A stretch of DNA of 62,673 bases, filler included, from Rhabdomonas costata (lineage: Eukaryota): the NCBI GenBank assembly GCA_019059605.1. It is 30 parts of 30 records of this genome, joined end to end, with 100 filler letters (N's around TTAATTAATTAA, not from the genome) between each part and the next. Parts side by side here need not be neighbours in the genome. Positions count along the whole stretch, not along the records: positions 60,683 to 62,673 come from JAHMHO010006658.1; 29 more parts are not named here. One strand, 5' to 3'. Positions within the stretch are counted from its first letter, which is position 1, and the number at the start of each line of letters is the position of its first letter. The position numbers were made by a program, and so were the translations under genes. Under the pieces are notes generated by a model. That model was not told the DNA's origin. It saw only the letters and a list, made by a program, of their open reading frames with translations, and ran no database searches. Positions 61,328 to 62,673 of the stretch are shown piece after piece.

Positions 61328-62673
61328 TTTTGCGTGCGGGAGGGAGGGAGAAAGGGAAACAGCTGTCGGAGAAAGCAGAAAAATCACTTTTTTTATCCTG
61401 CCTCTCTAGCCCTCTTCCTTTCGTTCTGAAGAATTGAAACGAAGGAACGGTTGGTAACCAAAAAGCAAGACACATGGACCAGTTCTCGAATGGGTATCTG
61501 CCAAAACGCCGCCGAAATTTGGGAGATGGCGCTATATGGTGGTAGAGGCGTTTCGGATCTGGCAATGAGGCAGAAGGTGGTTCTAGATGGCGCTGGATAG
61601 TGTGGATGGCGGTAGTTGGCGTTCTGGCAGATTCTCAGTGCTCAGCGCAGAAGGTGTGAAGCTCTGATTAATTGATTAGATTTTTCATTCCCTCACCTTG
61701 GTCAACGGGGAGAAACTGGCGAACATAGAGATGGGGGGGGGGTAAGGGCTGCAAAACAAAAATCCTGTTTTTTTCTTTTTCATAAAAACCCCCAAAACCT
61801 GTTTTGTTATTAAAACAGAAAACCTGGTCTTTGATCATTACCTGTTTTCCTTTGAGGACGCTCCTCCTGGATAAGGGAGACCAGAAATCAACAACGTCAG
61901 GTCAACTCTCAGAAACAAGCCTCCCTGGCCAGCTGCACGACGCTTACACAAGCCCGCACCTCCTTGCTTCCTTGCTGTCACAACGGGCTTCAAGCCTTGA
62001 CCCCTTCGCAGTTCGCAGGATCCCGCCGTGCATAATAGAAACCCTGTGAACACTGCCTCAGGATGTGCGCCGCACCTTCATGCCTGTGGTTTCTTCTTTC
62101 TTGGCCCTGAGCTAGACGGAACTTTTCGGACAAAATCAAAAATGAAATTAGTGCCGAGGTGAGCAAAAACAAAACCAACTGCACTACTTCCGCTGATGTG
62201 CTAAGGTGATGGAAACGATGAATCAGTGACGGTTGTTGAGCGTCACCATACCATCACTGACGTTAGTGAGGCAGCCCGTCCGCCTCCTTGTGCGGGCAAG
62301 GGACCCTTGTTGTTGTGATGTTTTCGTCTCATTCGCACAACATTGTCTTGTTTTTGCTGTTTGTCTGGTGCTGGCCCATACTCTCTGCAGATCCCTTTCG
62401 CACGGAACAATGGCTTCCCCGTGGGTGCTGCTGCCCCGGCCATCCTTTCGACTCCAGCGCCCCACGCCCGCAACCACGAAAGAGACTGAGCGGCTCCACT
62501 GACCGCTCCTCAACTCCTGGACCTGTTTTTTCGGTCTGTTTCCGAAGGAAACTGTTGTTTTCGTCTCGCTGTTACAACACTTTGCAGGCTTGGACTTTGT
62601 CCGCGACACTTTCAGTCGATGCTTGGGTTCCCCGTTAACCCAATGGCCACAGGTCTGTATCCGACCCCACAAC

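Noticed and set aside
60777-61565. 262-aa ORF as a single-exon DHHC gene
   Set aside because: The TM helices and TDP motif are in another frame and join via the 61128-60995 intron.

Overview
This window is not one locus. It is 30 unrelated contigs of about 1.99 kb each, joined by 29 artificial 100-bp spacers (N44-TTAATTAATTAA-N44). The DNA is from an intron-rich, flagellated eukaryote. RPA1 architecture, HAMP-linked receptor cyclases and a CRE-type retroelement point to a euglenozoan (euglenid- or diplonemid-like); this is an inference. Most ORF-track entries are spurious. Manual GT/GC-AG splicing recovers partial genes for RPA1, RtcB, a receptor adenylate/guanylate cyclase, an RluA pseudouridine synthase, CCDC151/ODAD3, ATG9, a LamG protein, RMD1/DUF155, TBCCD1, a mitochondrial LYR protein, a spliced PyrK-like flavoprotein, a MORN exon and a DHHC palmitoyltransferase. 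The most unusual items are: (1) contig 27218-29210, which closes on itself through an exact 127-bp terminal repeat and defines a 1,866-bp circular or tandem unit carrying a frameshifted DD35E IS630-Tc1 transposase, an uninterrupted Arg-rich accessory ORF and no evident TIRs; (2) an intron-containing prokaryote-type pyrK-like gene; (3) two compositionally distinct, mutually homologous contigs (43955-45650 and 58591-60582) with a strand-biased module that recurs elsewhere; (4) several small dispersed repeats. G/T-rich contig starts, A/C-rich ends and terminal fold-backs look like library artefacts. All product calls come from motif recognition by eye, not database searches.
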